Positions 1 through 9,855 are shown, numbered from the stretch's first letter. The stretch is 64,000 nucleotides of DNA from Bacteroidaceae bacterium (GCA_017483605.1 JAFUWG010000053.1:1986-65985); one strand, 5' to 3'. Numbers and translations: made by a program. Notes: a model not told the origin generated them from the sequence alone.

Positions 1-1027
1 CTGGCACACTGACACTGATGGGGTTCTGATAACCTGCATAGAGCATGTTCATCATGGTGGCACTGACCGTAGCGGAAGGTTCCACGACGGTGTAGGGCTG
101 TGAGAACTCGCGTCGGATGGTCTCTCCGTCGCCGTTCTTCATGACGAGGTAGCCCTTGAGGGTGAAATCGCCTGTGGAACCACAGATGGTCTCATAGCGT
201 CCGTTCTCCGACTTGAGCAGCGTGTTCCCTACGTAGATTTCAGGTCGCTGGGTGGTGTCAACTGCCGCCATGATGATTTGAGCGGAGAACTTTCCTCCAC
301 GGACAACGGTCTGAGCGTTGGGGATGACATAGGCATTGATTTGGTTCACACGCACATCCTTTACGTCGATGTTGGCGATAAGTTGGTGGAGCATCTCGCC
401 TTCGGCATGACGCACATCGGTCTGGAGTTTGGTGAGCAGGGTGACTGCGGCAGCCACGGGGGTGTTCTCGAACATGTACTCCTGCCAGTTCTTGCCCTGC
501 AACTTTGCCTTCTGGGGCACGTCGGTGGTGAGGTTGGAACGAATCAGTTTCTTCTGTTGTTCGTTGTTAATCATCTTGGTGATGCCCTCACGATAGGACT
601 CGATGGCAGACTTGAGTTTTCCGCCTTTGCCAATGCCCGGAGCCAGCATCACGTGGGTGGCTGCCTCAAGGTTGTCACGTCCTTCTATGTTGTTCAGGTC
701 GGCATCTTTTCCGTCAGCCTCACGCACAATCTCCCACTTCAGGTTCTCGGCGAAGTTGTAGAGCGAGTCTGACATCTTGCGAACCTGCTGTGCCTTCTCG
801 AACCACTGGCGAGTCTTCTCCGGATTCTGCTTCATGGCAGCATCCAGTTCCTTGTATATCGCCTCGTTCTGCGTGGTGGAGTTCTGCTTGGAGCGATTGA
901 GACCTTCGTCCACGAGCGAGAAGCCTTCGAGCACATCCGACGAGACGTTGAGTGCCAACATTGCCATCAGCACTACGTACATCAGATTGATCATCTTCTG
1001 ACGCGGACTTAACTTCTTTCGTATCAT
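1..1027 (-). CDS. gldM: GldM/PorM type IX secretion / gliding motility protein, N-terminal ~342 codons (3' end beyond left window edge)
   Basis: Not in supplied ORF track because it runs off the edge. Hand translation of minus strand from ATG 1027-1025 gives MIRKKLSPRQKMINLMYVVLMAMLALNVSSDVLEGFSLVDEGLNRSKQ... with no stop down to position 1. N-terminal TM helix. Sits directly after gldK-gldL. Start overlaps gldL stop (ATGA). Confidence 0.85.
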   Translation of the reverse strand, partial: MIRKKLSPRQKMINLMYVVLMAMLALNVSSDVLEGFSLVDEGLNRSKQNSTTQNEAIYKELDAAMKQNPEKTRQWFEKAQQVRKMSDSLYNFAENLKWEIVREADGKDADLNNIEGRDNLEAATHVMLAPGIGKGGKLKSAIESYREGITKMINNEQQKKLIRSNLTTDVPQKAKLQGKNWQEYMFENTPVAAAVTLLTKLQTDVRHAEGEMLHQLIANIDVKDVRVNQINAYVIPNAQTVVRGGKFSAQIIMAAVDTTQRPEIYVGNTLLKSENGRYETICGSTGDFTLKGYLVMKNGDGETIRREFSQPYTVVEPSATVSATMMNMLYAGYQNPISVSVP

Positions 1028-1845
1028 GCAATCTTCATTTTGAGTGCTTCAACCATCTTGAAATAGACATCGTTCAACTCTTGGAGTTGTGCAGCGAGTT
1101 TCTTGGTCTGCTCGTTCACCTCGTCGATGGTGGCTGACTGGGTGCCGACGCTCTTGAGTTGCATCTCGTAGAAGCGATTGATGCCTGTGAGGGTGCGGTT
1201 CATGTTCTCCATCTCCTCGGAGTCGCGGGTGAGACGGGCACTCTGCTCTGCCACCTTCTTGAGAATGTCGGTAAGGTCTGCCAACTGCTCTACGTATGCC
1301 TTGGTTGCCTCCTGCATCTCAGGTGCCATGCCCTGGAACTGTGCGGAGTTGAAGACAGGAGCAGACGAAATGTTCTCTGCCAACTGGGCGGCATCGATAG
1401 AAGCCGATGTACCACCTTCGGAAGAGCCAGCATTACCATTGATGACGATGGTGCCACCGCCTGGCACACCTCCACCGCCAACCACTACCGCTCCACCGCC
1501 TGACGGTGCATGGGCTGCCACATTGGCGGCGTTGGCAAGGGCTGCTGCCGTCTCTTCGGAGAGAGAGGCATTGACCTTAGCAGTGATAGCAGCGTTCTCG
1601 GCTGCCTCCTCAGCCAGTTCTTGTGCATCGAAACTCTCCTGCGGCTCGAAACCTGCGAGGAAGAACACAACGACCTCGGTGCCCATACCCAAGAAGAGCA
1701 TGATGTCGGCACCTGCGATGTGGGTGAGTTTGAAGAGGGCACCTGCAATCACGACGGATGCACCCCAACTGTATGCGTAGTTCAAGAAAGTCTGACCCCT
1801 CTTGGTTCTGAGCCACTTCTGAATAGCATTATATTGTGTTGCCAT
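1024..1845 (-). CDS. gldL: GldL/PorL T9SS inner-membrane motor component
   Basis: 273 aa. N-terminus MATQYNAIQKWLRTKRGQTFLNYAYSWGASVVIAGALFKLTHI with two TM helices typical of GldL. Located between gldK and gldM. Confidence 0.85.
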   Translation of the reverse strand: MATQYNAIQKWLRTKRGQTFLNYAYSWGASVVIAGALFKLTHIAGADIMLFLGMGTEVVVFFLAGFEPQESFDAQELAEEAAENAAITAKVNASLSEETAAALANAANVAAHAPSGGGAVVVGGGGVPGGGTIVINGNAGSSEGGTSASIDAAQLAENISSAPVFNSAQFQGMAPEMQEATKAYVEQLADLTDILKKVAEQSARLTRDSEEMENMNRTLTGINRFYEMQLKSVGTQSATIDEVNEQTKKLAAQLQELNDVYFKMVEALKMKIA

Positions 1846-1886
1846 AATGTTTTGGTTTTTTCTTCATTTAATCATTTGTCATTTTC

Positions 1887-3320
1887 TCATTTTTTTGCCC
1901 TCGAAGCAGTTCCCACCTGTGACCTCACACATCGGAAGCCCACGAAGGAGCGTCCTACATTCTGGTATTCGAAGGAACGCCATGCACTCTTGATGAAACT
2001 CTCGGGGTCTTTCCACGAGCCACCACGCACACTCTTCTTCTTCAGTGCGTAGGGGTCTTCCTTGGCAGCATTGTAGGTGAGGGTCGGGTTCATGTCGCTC
2101 ATGGAGAGCACACCTGCCTCAGTATAGACGGTGCTTGTCCACTCTGCCACATTGCCCGCCATATCGTAGAGTCCGTTGGAGTTGGCACTGTAGATGCCTG
2201 TCTTGGAGGTGATGAGGTTGCCGTCCTTCGTGTAGTTGCCTCGGTCGGGCTTGAAGTTGGCGAAATAGCACCCCTTGTCGCTTGCCACACCTTCCTGTTC
2301 CCACGGCAGTTCGTTACCATCTTTGCCACGAGCGGCAAACTCCCATTCTGCCTCGGTGGGCAGACGGTAGCGTTGCACGAACTTGGCTTGTGGCCCTAAA
2401 CCTTTGATGAGATAGTCGGTACGCCAGTTGCAGAAGGCATTTGCCTGCTCCCAGTTGACGCCGACCACAGGATATTCGTTGTAGTTGGAGTGGGTGAAGT
2501 AGAGACGCATATAGACCTCGTTCTCGGCGTTCTGGAAGTCGTTAATCCAGCAGGTCGTATCGGGATAGACATTGACAATATAAGTATTGACAAAGTCCCA
2601 CATGCTGCTGAGCGGACGGGTGATGGTTTCGCGATGGATGATGCCGTCGTCGTCCACGTATGCCGTATCTTTCGAAATCATGATGACCTCGTTGGGGTCA
2701 GTTTCAAAGTCTGTGTTGAGGTTTCTCTCTTCTGGATTGAGGCGGTACTTACGCTTGGCTGCCATCACATAGTCAAACACTTCGTAGCGATAGTTCAACT
2801 GGCTGGCATCCAGCATCTTCTCACCCGTCACGGGATGATAGGTGTAGATGCTCTCGATAGCACGCTCCTGGTCTTCGTCAGGATTGCGAGGCAAGGCTTT
2901 GTTCCAGTTCAGATGAGGGGTGATAGGGTCGCCGTTCTTGTCTTCCTCAATCTTATAGGTCTCGTCACCGCCATAAGCAGGGTCAGCCAGACGCTCGCGG
3001 ATGATGGAGTCACGCACCCAATAGACAAACTGACGATACATGGAGTTGGTCACCTCCTTCTCGTCCATCCAGAAAGCGTCCACACTGATGTCCCTTGTCG
3101 GCACATCCTTACCCCAAAGGCTGTCGGTCTTCTCCGTACCCATCTTGAGGCTGCCACGCTTCACCAATACCATGCCGTAAGGTGCTGGTTCCGACATCGA
3201 CGTGCCACCAACACCTGTCACTTCGCCACCAGCCGCACTCGACCCTCCTTTGCTGGAGAAGCAAGATGCCACGACTGCGGCAAGTGCCATCAGGCATATA
3301 GCAAATAAGATTTTTTTCAT
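1887..3320 (-). CDS. gldK: GldK/PorK T9SS lipoprotein (SUMF1/FGE-type domain)
   Basis: 477 aa. Lipoprotein signal MKKILFAICLMALAAVVASC. FWMDEKEVTNSMYRQFVYWVRDSI and RGGSW motifs of the formylglycine-generating-enzyme fold found in GldK. Confidence 0.9.
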   Translation of the reverse strand: MKKILFAICLMALAAVVASCFSSKGGSSAAGGEVTGVGGTSMSEPAPYGMVLVKRGSLKMGTEKTDSLWGKDVPTRDISVDAFWMDEKEVTNSMYRQFVYWVRDSIIRERLADPAYGGDETYKIEEDKNGDPITPHLNWNKALPRNPDEDQERAIESIYTYHPVTGEKMLDASQLNYRYEVFDYVMAAKRKYRLNPEERNLNTDFETDPNEVIMISKDTAYVDDDGIIHRETITRPLSSMWDFVNTYIVNVYPDTTCWINDFQNAENEVYMRLYFTHSNYNEYPVVGVNWEQANAFCNWRTDYLIKGLGPQAKFVQRYRLPTEAEWEFAARGKDGNELPWEQEGVASDKGCYFANFKPDRGNYTKDGNLITSKTGIYSANSNGLYDMAGNVAEWTSTVYTEAGVLSMSDMNPTLTYNAAKEDPYALKKKSVRGGSWKDPESFIKSAWRSFEYQNVGRSFVGFRCVRSQVGTASRAKK

Positions 3321-3380
3321 TGTATATTGTTTTTATTCTATTCTGTTTTGGGTTTCTATATGGTTAGAATTTGAAAGACT

Positions 3381-4322
3381 CTATAGCCACCGCACGCTCT
3401 TGTGCTTGTTTCTTCCCTTCTTGAACAGGTCGAGGTCTGTCCGATACCCCAGCACGACTTCGTGGCTTCCGTTAATCAACCCCACTCCTCCTGTGTACAA
3501 CTGATAACTGTATCCAAGTCCGATGCCATGAAATACGCCTCCCAGCAGGAAGGTGACAGACGTGTCGAGACTGTATCCAACACCCCCATAAAACTTCTTG
3601 TCGCCATTCTCGTATGCCAGTTTGCACTGCACATCTTCTCGCCACTCATCCAAATCTGACTGCACCAAGAAGGAGGGTTGTACTGATAATAACGAATTTT
3701 TTAACTTAATATTGCATCCACCCATCAAATAAAATGTTCGTGGAATCTCCAAATCGTTCGTTTCGCCAATCATCAGCGTCGGTGCCAGCAGATGTCGAGC
3801 CGACACGCCCAGCCACACTTTGGGGTGGTAAAAATACAGACCTGTCCCGAGGTCAACCTTGTTGCCTTTCTGCTGAGAAGAGGGGAAAGCAGGGTCGCTG
3901 TTATCCTCCAGTTCCATGCCACTCAAATCGATGCTCTCTGTCATCAGTCCTCCATGGAAACCTATCGCCAAACGGCCTTTCTTGCCAATCTTCAAGTTGT
4001 AAGCATACTGTACGCCCAACTCTGTTGTGCTAAAAATGCCTGCATTGTCATTCAGGAAACTCAAACCCACACCATGACGAGGGCTCAAGAAATACACGGG
4101 CAAATCAGCCCCCACATACATGGTGGCAGGAGTATCGTCATATCCGCCCATCTGCATCGAATAGGTGGCGTTCACATTGAGCATCCCATCTGTTCCCGAC
4201 ACGGCTGGATTATAAAACGACTTAAGGGCTGTGTAGTCGGAGAACTGCACATCCCATTGTGCCCTCAGGGCCGCACCAGCAGCCACAAAGAACGCCATTA
4301 GCAGAAACAAACGTTTGTTCAT
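3381..4322 (-). CDS. PorP/SprF family T9SS outer-membrane protein
   Basis: Signal peptide MNKRLFLLMAFFVAAGAALRAQ then WDVQFSDYTALKSFYNPAVSG, the PorP/SprF N-terminal signature. Immediately upstream of gldK. Track ORF starts 4 codons earlier at 4334. Confidence 0.8.
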   Translation of the reverse strand: MNKRLFLLMAFFVAAGAALRAQWDVQFSDYTALKSFYNPAVSGTDGMLNVNATYSMQMGGYDDTPATMYVGADLPVYFLSPRHGVGLSFLNDNAGIFSTTELGVQYAYNLKIGKKGRLAIGFHGGLMTESIDLSGMELEDNSDPAFPSSQQKGNKVDLGTGLYFYHPKVWLGVSARHLLAPTLMIGETNDLEIPRTFYLMGGCNIKLKNSLLSVQPSFLVQSDLDEWREDVQCKLAYENGDKKFYGGVGYSLDTSVTFLLGGVFHGIGLGYSYQLYTGGVGLINGSHEVVLGYRTDLDLFKKGRNKHKSVRWL

Positions 4323-4470
4323 CACTATATACAAACTCGATTTTTTTCTTTTTATTGTGCAATCGAGCCATTTTTTTCACAGCATCTTGTTTTTCGGCTC
4401 GACAAGAAAGTTGCAGGGAAACGATTTTCGTACCACTCTCACCCTATAGAAAAACGTGAAGAAAAGAGAC

Positions 4471-4511
4471 AAAAAAATTGGGAGCACTACAGATTCACAT
4501 CTCGTGCCCCC
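4471..4511 (-). terminator. intrinsic terminator after the Gly-rich protein gene
   Basis: On the minus strand, GGGGCAC ... GTGCTCC stem (one mismatch) followed by CAATTTTTTTG. Confidence 0.5.
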
Positions 4512-4703
4512 ACTAAAAACAGAGTTAGTTTATAATAATAGGTACTTATGTTGTATGCAAAGTTAATACATTATTATGAAAAGATTCTACTGTTTTTACC
4601 TATATTTTTCAAAAACGTACAAAAAATTTGTAAAATGTTTCTTTTCTCGTCATTTTAGAGGCTCTTTTATTGCCCTTTTGAGAGAAAATTTCATCTTTTC
4701 GGG

Positions 4704-5228
4704 TTAGAAACCACCGCCGAAGCCACCATTGCCTCCGCCACGAGGTCCACCACCGAAACCGCCTTGACCACCTGGGCGTCCTTGGCCACCCTGCATTCCT
4801 TGACCGCCACGCATACCACCACGCTGGAGGTAAATCTGGGCTGCCTGAACAGGTGTCAGAATTTCGAGGAACTTGGGCAAATATTCCTTATCTACTGCCA
4901 CTTGAGCCTCCTGGCCAGCAAGTTGCTTCTGAATCAGTTCTGTTGCCTGAGCATCTGTCATCTTCTTAAAGTCTGGTCTTTCCTCCTCGGCATTCTCGCC
5001 TTTGGGGTGAAGTGCATTCTGGCGTGCTGTCTGATAGTCGAGATAGAGCACCTTGAACACATTCGCCTTGTCATCTTCCAACTTCATTTGCTTGGCCAGA
5101 CGCTCTGCCTGACGATTGTACAATTCTGTGGGGTCGATACGCTGACGTTGACCACCATTACCATTCTGAGCGACTGCGGCTACAGATACCAACACCATTG
5201 CAAGTGCTGCCAAAATAAACTTCTTCAT
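4704..5228 (-). CDS. secreted protein with Gly/Gln-rich C-terminal tail (function unknown)
   Basis: 174 aa. Signal peptide MKKFILAALAMVLVSVAAVAQ, a helical Lys/Glu-rich middle, and the tail GGMRGGQGMQGGQGRPGGQGGFGGGPRGGGNGGFGGGF. Confidence 0.55.
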   Translation of the reverse strand: MKKFILAALAMVLVSVAAVAQNGNGGQRQRIDPTELYNRQAERLAKQMKLEDDKANVFKVLYLDYQTARQNALHPKGENAEEERPDFKKMTDAQATELIQKQLAGQEAQVAVDKEYLPKFLEILTPVQAAQIYLQRGGMRGGQGMQGGQGRPGGQGGFGGGPRGGGNGGFGGGF

Positions 5229-5346
5229 AATCTTTATTTTTTAAATGAATATAATAGGTTAATAATCTTGTTGGTTTACGCTTCATAAGACGCATGAAAA
5301 AATGAAAGGTTTAATCGCTTCAACAAAAAAATGACAAATTGCCCAT

Positions 5347-5380
5347 CAAAAAGGGACGCATCATTTTACTGACACGTCCC
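5347..5380 (-). terminator. intrinsic terminator after the HExxH protein gene
   Basis: On the minus strand, GGGACG(16 nt)CGTCCC followed by TTTTTG. Confidence 0.5.
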
Positions 5381-5421
5381 ATTAAAAGTCTTTGACAACG
5401 GAGAAAAGGCTCCGCGTTTCA

Positions 5422-7533
5422 TCACACGATATTCAGATGCACCTCCATCGTAGCACGGTACTGCTTTCCGTCTGTATGGGTGTAGATAATCGCTTGTCGA
5501 ATGACGTATGTATTGCCTTTCTTCAACTTGCCAGGATACTGACCCACATAACATCCATACTTGTCAGGATACAATTCGGCAAAGATGGCAGCCGTAGAGG
5601 TATATCCGACCACATTGCCTGCTGTTGTGAACCAATGCCCATAGCAGGTCGCACTGGAAGTCGAGGTCGTTGTACCATAGGTGTCCTTGCCATTGGTTCC
5701 CACTCCCACAAAATCAAGCGTGCCTTTCACACCCTTGCTGCCCGACTTACACTTCAATGCCTGCATCTGCTCTGTGCTGACACCCAATGCCTGACTGATG
5801 GCATCCATGTCATACTGCACACGCACACTGCTATAACTGCTTGAACTATAAGCGAGCGTGGCATTGATAACCACTGTGGTATCTTTACGTTCGTAGTCTT
5901 CAGGATATTCGCCATAGGTGCGATTGGCTCCGTATGGATCCGTACCTTCAAACTTCACGGCGTATGGCCATTGCTCATCATTGCCCGTGTCGTCATCCCA
6001 AGCATGTCGCCAATAGGTCGTTGGAGCACCCATGACCACCAGCCACAAATGGGTGCAGTTTTCTGGCACAGTGATGCTCACCTCTCCCTTTGCGTCACGC
6101 CCCATTTCTCCATAGGTGCGAGTGCCATCGCTGGAGTACGCCACCAATCCATAGCGCCATCCTGCACGAAGTTTATTGATGATTCTGTAACCCGAAGCAC
6201 CCACGATGCTTCTGAATTGTACCTTCACCACCGTGCCGGCAGCAGGCACTTTGAGCGGGTTTGCATTATAGCCATAGTTCTCAGGACAGAACTGAGGGTC
6301 AACAACCCACCACGAAGCATCATTGTCCAGGAAGTTCTCCAAGATGCTCTCGGTTGGAGTTTGCAGCCTCTGTTGCTCCGAACCTATCAAGCCCTGTCCA
6401 TACGTCTGCCAACGGTCGATATCCATGCTGGCGATGTGGGCATAGCCTTGATACTGCTCATCGGCGAAAGTTTCTTCGTTCAATCCGAAGATACGCATAT
6501 ATGCCTCAATGGGGTCTTCGGGTTTGGTTGCCTCTCGCCACACACGAGCCACCGTGTTAAGCCCGTGTTGCTGACACCACCAGTCCTGATAGTAGCAGTT
6601 ATTATAACGGGCATTCTCACTCAGAATGTTCATGTGGTGCATCTTCTGGTTGTTTGTCCAGTTTTCCACAAACTGCTGTGCCGGATACACCTTATGAGCC
6701 TGCCAGTTGGCACAATCTTCCCACCATTCGTTGCCACCAGAGGCATTGCTGCCAAAGCCATAGTTGAGTCCGTGGGTATTGCCGAGGTCGGCACTGACCA
6801 GATACTGGAACGTATGCCCAATCTCATGAGCCACCGTGACATTGCTGCTTGCCGCCCAAGGGTTGCAATGGAACATACCGGTCTTGTATTCTTTGGCAGT
6901 CTTCGATGTGCCAGAACCTGCTTCCCACACCTGACCGCTGACACCACTTCCGTCGGCTCGCCAGTCAGATTGGTTGACGATGAACATCTCAATCTTCACA
7001 TTGTCTGTCGTAGAACTGCCTGGCATGATGAACCCCAAATCTTCCACATAGACTTTCCAGATTTTCTCCGCATCGGCAAGCAGGGTGTTCACATTGCACA
7101 CAGAACTGGAAGCACCACCCGTAATGTTGCCGTTGCTCTGCTTCTTCAGCCCTTTACCCCAGAACACCACAAAATGCTCGCTCTCCGCACTACGCTGAAA
7201 GCAATAGGTGGAGTTCTCGTTGGTGAAATCGTTGCTCGAATAAGTGCTGGGCTTGACCAGATAGCGTTCGATGTCATCAAAACGATACACGCCATTGGTG
7301 CGGTAAGACTTTGTCATGCCCGTCACACGCCCTGTCGAGGTCAAGAGTTTATAGCGTTTGAGTGCCGTCTTCGTAAACTCAATCGAATCGACATCCGTCA
7401 GGTCGATGATTTCGTTTTTCATAAAGCGGTCGTCAAACTGGAACCACAGCGTGTCGGGCTTATTCTGGGCATTCAGACAGGTGAACGCTCCCCAAAGCAA
7501 CAGCAGGGTTGCCATCAAATGCTTCTTTCTCAT
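5422..7533 (-). CDS. secreted HExxH zinc-metallopeptidase-like protein
   Basis: 703 aa. Signal peptide MRKKHLMATLLLLWGAFTCLNAQ. HEIGH motif in VTVAHEIGHTFQYLV. Family not identified without a search. Confidence 0.6.
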   Translation of the reverse strand: MRKKHLMATLLLLWGAFTCLNAQNKPDTLWFQFDDRFMKNEIIDLTDVDSIEFTKTALKRYKLLTSTGRVTGMTKSYRTNGVYRFDDIERYLVKPSTYSSNDFTNENSTYCFQRSAESEHFVVFWGKGLKKQSNGNITGGASSSVCNVNTLLADAEKIWKVYVEDLGFIMPGSSTTDNVKIEMFIVNQSDWRADGSGVSGQVWEAGSGTSKTAKEYKTGMFHCNPWAASSNVTVAHEIGHTFQYLVSADLGNTHGLNYGFGSNASGGNEWWEDCANWQAHKVYPAQQFVENWTNNQKMHHMNILSENARYNNCYYQDWWCQQHGLNTVARVWREATKPEDPIEAYMRIFGLNEETFADEQYQGYAHIASMDIDRWQTYGQGLIGSEQQRLQTPTESILENFLDNDASWWVVDPQFCPENYGYNANPLKVPAAGTVVKVQFRSIVGASGYRIINKLRAGWRYGLVAYSSDGTRTYGEMGRDAKGEVSITVPENCTHLWLVVMGAPTTYWRHAWDDDTGNDEQWPYAVKFEGTDPYGANRTYGEYPEDYERKDTTVVINATLAYSSSSYSSVRVQYDMDAISQALGVSTEQMQALKCKSGSKGVKGTLDFVGVGTNGKDTYGTTTSTSSATCYGHWFTTAGNVVGYTSTAAIFAELYPDKYGCYVGQYPGKLKKGNTYVIRQAIIYTHTDGKQYRATMEVHLNIV

Positions 7534-7546
7534 ACTTTCCTTTTCG

Positions 7547-7999
7547 TTATTTCTTCAATACTTTCATCGAAGAGTTGCCGGCCCGAACAACATACGCACC
7601 TTTCGCCAATCCGTTCAAATCCACGGTGATGACATCGTCCGACTTCTGCACCTCGGCTTTCACCTCAACACCACCTACCGTATAGACTTTCACCGCCTTT
7701 GCCGAACCCGCATTCATCACCAACGTATTGGCACTGTAGCGAACTTGCTGATTTGCCAGCACATCTTCGATGCCATTGGGGTCATCTTCGTTCGACACAT
7801 AAAAGTTCTTGATGTCCGAGATGGTGTACTCGTCGGCATCTACCGTCACCTTCCCGTCCACAAAACGCAGCACAGGATTGGTGTCGCCACCCAACAAGTA
7901 ATACACCTTGGTGCCATCAGCGAGCGTAAACACCACGCTCTTTGCCATTGCCCCCATCGAAGCAAGGCACATCAGAAACAAAAATGTAAGTTTTTTCAT
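7547..7999 (-). CDS. small secreted protein with T9SS C-terminal sorting domain
   Basis: 150 aa. Signal peptide. C-terminus KVYTVGGVEVKAEVQKSDDVITVDLNGLAKGAYVVRAGNSSMKVLKK resembles Por/T9SS CTDs. 13 nt upstream of the HExxH gene. Confidence 0.6.
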   Translation of the reverse strand: MKKLTFLFLMCLASMGAMAKSVVFTLADGTKVYYLLGGDTNPVLRFVDGKVTVDADEYTISDIKNFYVSNEDDPNGIEDVLANQQVRYSANTLVMNAGSAKAVKVYTVGGVEVKAEVQKSDDVITVDLNGLAKGAYVVRAGNSSMKVLKK

Positions 8000-8029
8000 T
8001 TTTAATCACAATATAGGTTTTAACAAATT

Positions 8030-8215
8030 CTATTCTTCTTTTCTCAACAGGCTCTTCACATTAAATCCATACCAGATGAGTGCCAGCAGGAAGACCGCCA
8101 TCATGGCGATGGACATGCCATCGTGCAGCACCGTATATAGCCAAACGCTCGCCCCAAAGCCAATGGCGATGAAGACGAGCGAAAGTATCATAAAGATTTT
8201 CTTGAGATTTTCCAT
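8030..8215 (-). CDS. small two-TM membrane protein (hypothetical)
   Basis: 61 aa with two hydrophobic helices (IFMILSLVFIAIGFGASVWLY, IAMMAVFLLALIWYGF). No recognisable family. Confidence 0.4.
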   Translation of the reverse strand: MENLKKIFMILSLVFIAIGFGASVWLYTVLHDGMSIAMMAVFLLALIWYGFNVKSLLRKEE

Positions 8216-8229
8216 TGATTTCTTTTTTG

Positions 8230-8335
8230 TAGTTAAGAAGTTAAGTAGTTATCGCTACGCTCAGTAGTTAAGCCAAATCTCATGCCTTTTGGCAAGGTAT
8301 CGGCTTAACTACTTCACTTCTGACTACTTAACTAC
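8230..8335. repeat. nested inverted repeats built from GTAGTTAAG words (cysS 3' hairpin)
   Basis: Inner 12-bp stem AGTAGTTAAGCC (8263-8274) / GGCTTAACTACT (8302-8313) with a 27-nt loop. Outer GTAGTTAAGAAGTTAAGTAGT (8230-8250) pairs in part with ACTACTTAACTAC (8323-8335). Confidence 0.75.
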
Positions 8336-8346
8336 TCCAGAATTCT

Positions 8347-9855
8347 TCACTTATTCAGTTTCCAAGTGAAACCATCCTTCGTGTCCTTCACTTCGAAGCC
8401 CAGAGCAGCCAAGTTGTCGCGAATCATGTCGCTCGTTGCCCAGTCCTTGTTGGCTTTGGCTTTGGCACGCTGTTCGAGCAGCATATCCACCACCTTGCCG
8501 AAGGCTTCCTCGCGGGCATCGCCGACACCAGCGTTGGATGCGGAGGCACTGCCTGCCTTGAGACCCAGAAGGTCGAAAGTGAAGAGTTGGAACATCGCCT
8601 TCAATGCCTCCAGTGCCTCTGCCGTGATGGTTTCCTTCTTGTCAACGATAGAGTTGATGAGTTTGGATGCATCAAAAAGGGTAGAGATGACGATGGGGGT
8701 GTTGAAGTCGTCATACATGGCATCATAGCAGCGTTGTTTGAGGGTATCGACAGCATCGACACCCACCGAGCCTTGGGCTGATGGCTGGAGCGTTTGGAGG
8801 GCTTTCCATGCGTCGAGCAGACGCTCCAGACCTTTTTCGGCAGCCTGAAGGGCATCGTTGCTGAAGTCCACCGTCGAGCGGTAGTGTGCCTGCAGGATGA
8901 AGAAACGGATGGTCATCGGCGAGTAGGCACGGTCGAGTTTCGGATGGTCGCCGCTGAAGAACTGCGGCAGGGTGATGAAATTGCCGAGCGACTTGCCCAT
9001 CTTCTGCCCCTCGATGGTAATCATGTTATTATGAATCCAGTAGGTCACCATCTGGTCACCCTGACTCGCCACCGCCTGAGCAATCTCACATTCGTGGTGA
9101 GGGAATATCAAGTCCATGCCACCACCGTGAATGTCGAAGTGGCTGCCCAGATACTTCCTGCCCATTGCCGTACACTCGCAGTGCCAGCCGGGGAATCCGT
9201 CGCTCCAAGGCGAAGGCCATCGCATGATGTGCTCGGGCTGGGCGGCTTTCCACAGGGCAAAGTCTGCCTGATTCTTCTTCTCGCCCACACCTGCCAAGTC
9301 GCGGCTCGCATCCTTCACGTTCTCCAGATTCCTGCCCGACAAGATGCCATACTTGTGGTCTTTGTTATACTTCTCCACATCGAAATAGATGGAGCCATTG
9401 CTCTCGTAGGCATAGCCATTGTCGAGAATCTGCTGCACCAGTTGCTGCTGCTCGATGATGTGCCCCGTGGCATGAGGCTCGATGCTCGGCGGCAGACAGC
9501 CCAGAGCATCCATCGCCTCGTGGAATCGGTTCGTGTAATACTGAGCCACCTCCATCGGCTCCAACTGCTCCAGCCGAGCCTTCTTGGCAATCTTGTCCTC
9601 CCCCTCGTCAGCATCGTGCTCCAAGTGCCCCACATCCGTGATGTTACGCACATAACGCACCCTGTAGCCGATATGCTTCAGGAAGCGGAAAATGATGTCA
9701 AACGTGATGGCGGGACGAGCGTGTCCCAGATGAGCGTCACCATATACTGTAGGTCCGCAGACGTACATGCCCACGTGTGGTGCATGCAGTGGGCGGAACA
9801 CCTCTTTCTTGCGTGTCAGGGTGTTGTAAACATAAAGTGCCTGTTCCATATTCAA
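8347..9855 (-). CDS. cysS: cysteine--tRNA ligase
   Basis: 502 aa. Class I HIGH-type motif ([10 protein letters not shown]) and KMSKS-type motif (KMGKSLGN). Full-length similarity pattern to CysS. Confidence 0.95.
   Translation of the reverse strand: MNMEQALYVYNTLTRKKEVFRPLHAPHVGMYVCGPTVYGDAHLGHARPAITFDIIFRFLKHIGYRVRYVRNITDVGHLEHDADEGEDKIAKKARLEQLEPMEVAQYYTNRFHEAMDALGCLPPSIEPHATGHIIEQQQLVQQILDNGYAYESNGSIYFDVEKYNKDHKYGILSGRNLENVKDASRDLAGVGEKKNQADFALWKAAQPEHIMRWPSPWSDGFPGWHCECTAMGRKYLGSHFDIHGGGMDLIFPHHECEIAQAVASQGDQMVTYWIHNNMITIEGQKMGKSLGNFITLPQFFSGDHPKLDRAYSPMTIRFFILQAHYRSTVDFSNDALQAAEKGLERLLDAWKALQTLQPSAQGSVGVDAVDTLKQRCYDAMYDDFNTPIVISTLFDASKLINSIVDKKETITAEALEALKAMFQLFTFDLLGLKAGSASASNAGVGDAREEAFGKVVDMLLEQRAKAKANKDWATSDMIRDNLAALGFEVKDTKDGFTWKLNK

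Noticed and set aside
720-1031. 103-aa minus-strand ORF and the 164-aa plus-strand ORF at 278..772
   Set aside because: Both overlap the open gldM frame (ATG 1027 to position 1), which gives a convincing GldM/PorM N-terminus. These are alternative-frame artefacts.
5971-7629. 552-aa plus-strand ORF
   Set aside because: Antisense shadow of the HExxH protein gene. Arg/His/Val-rich, with no signal or motif. The same reasoning applies to 8794..10023 (antisense to cysS) and 10632..12176 (antisense to the OM beta-barrel gene).
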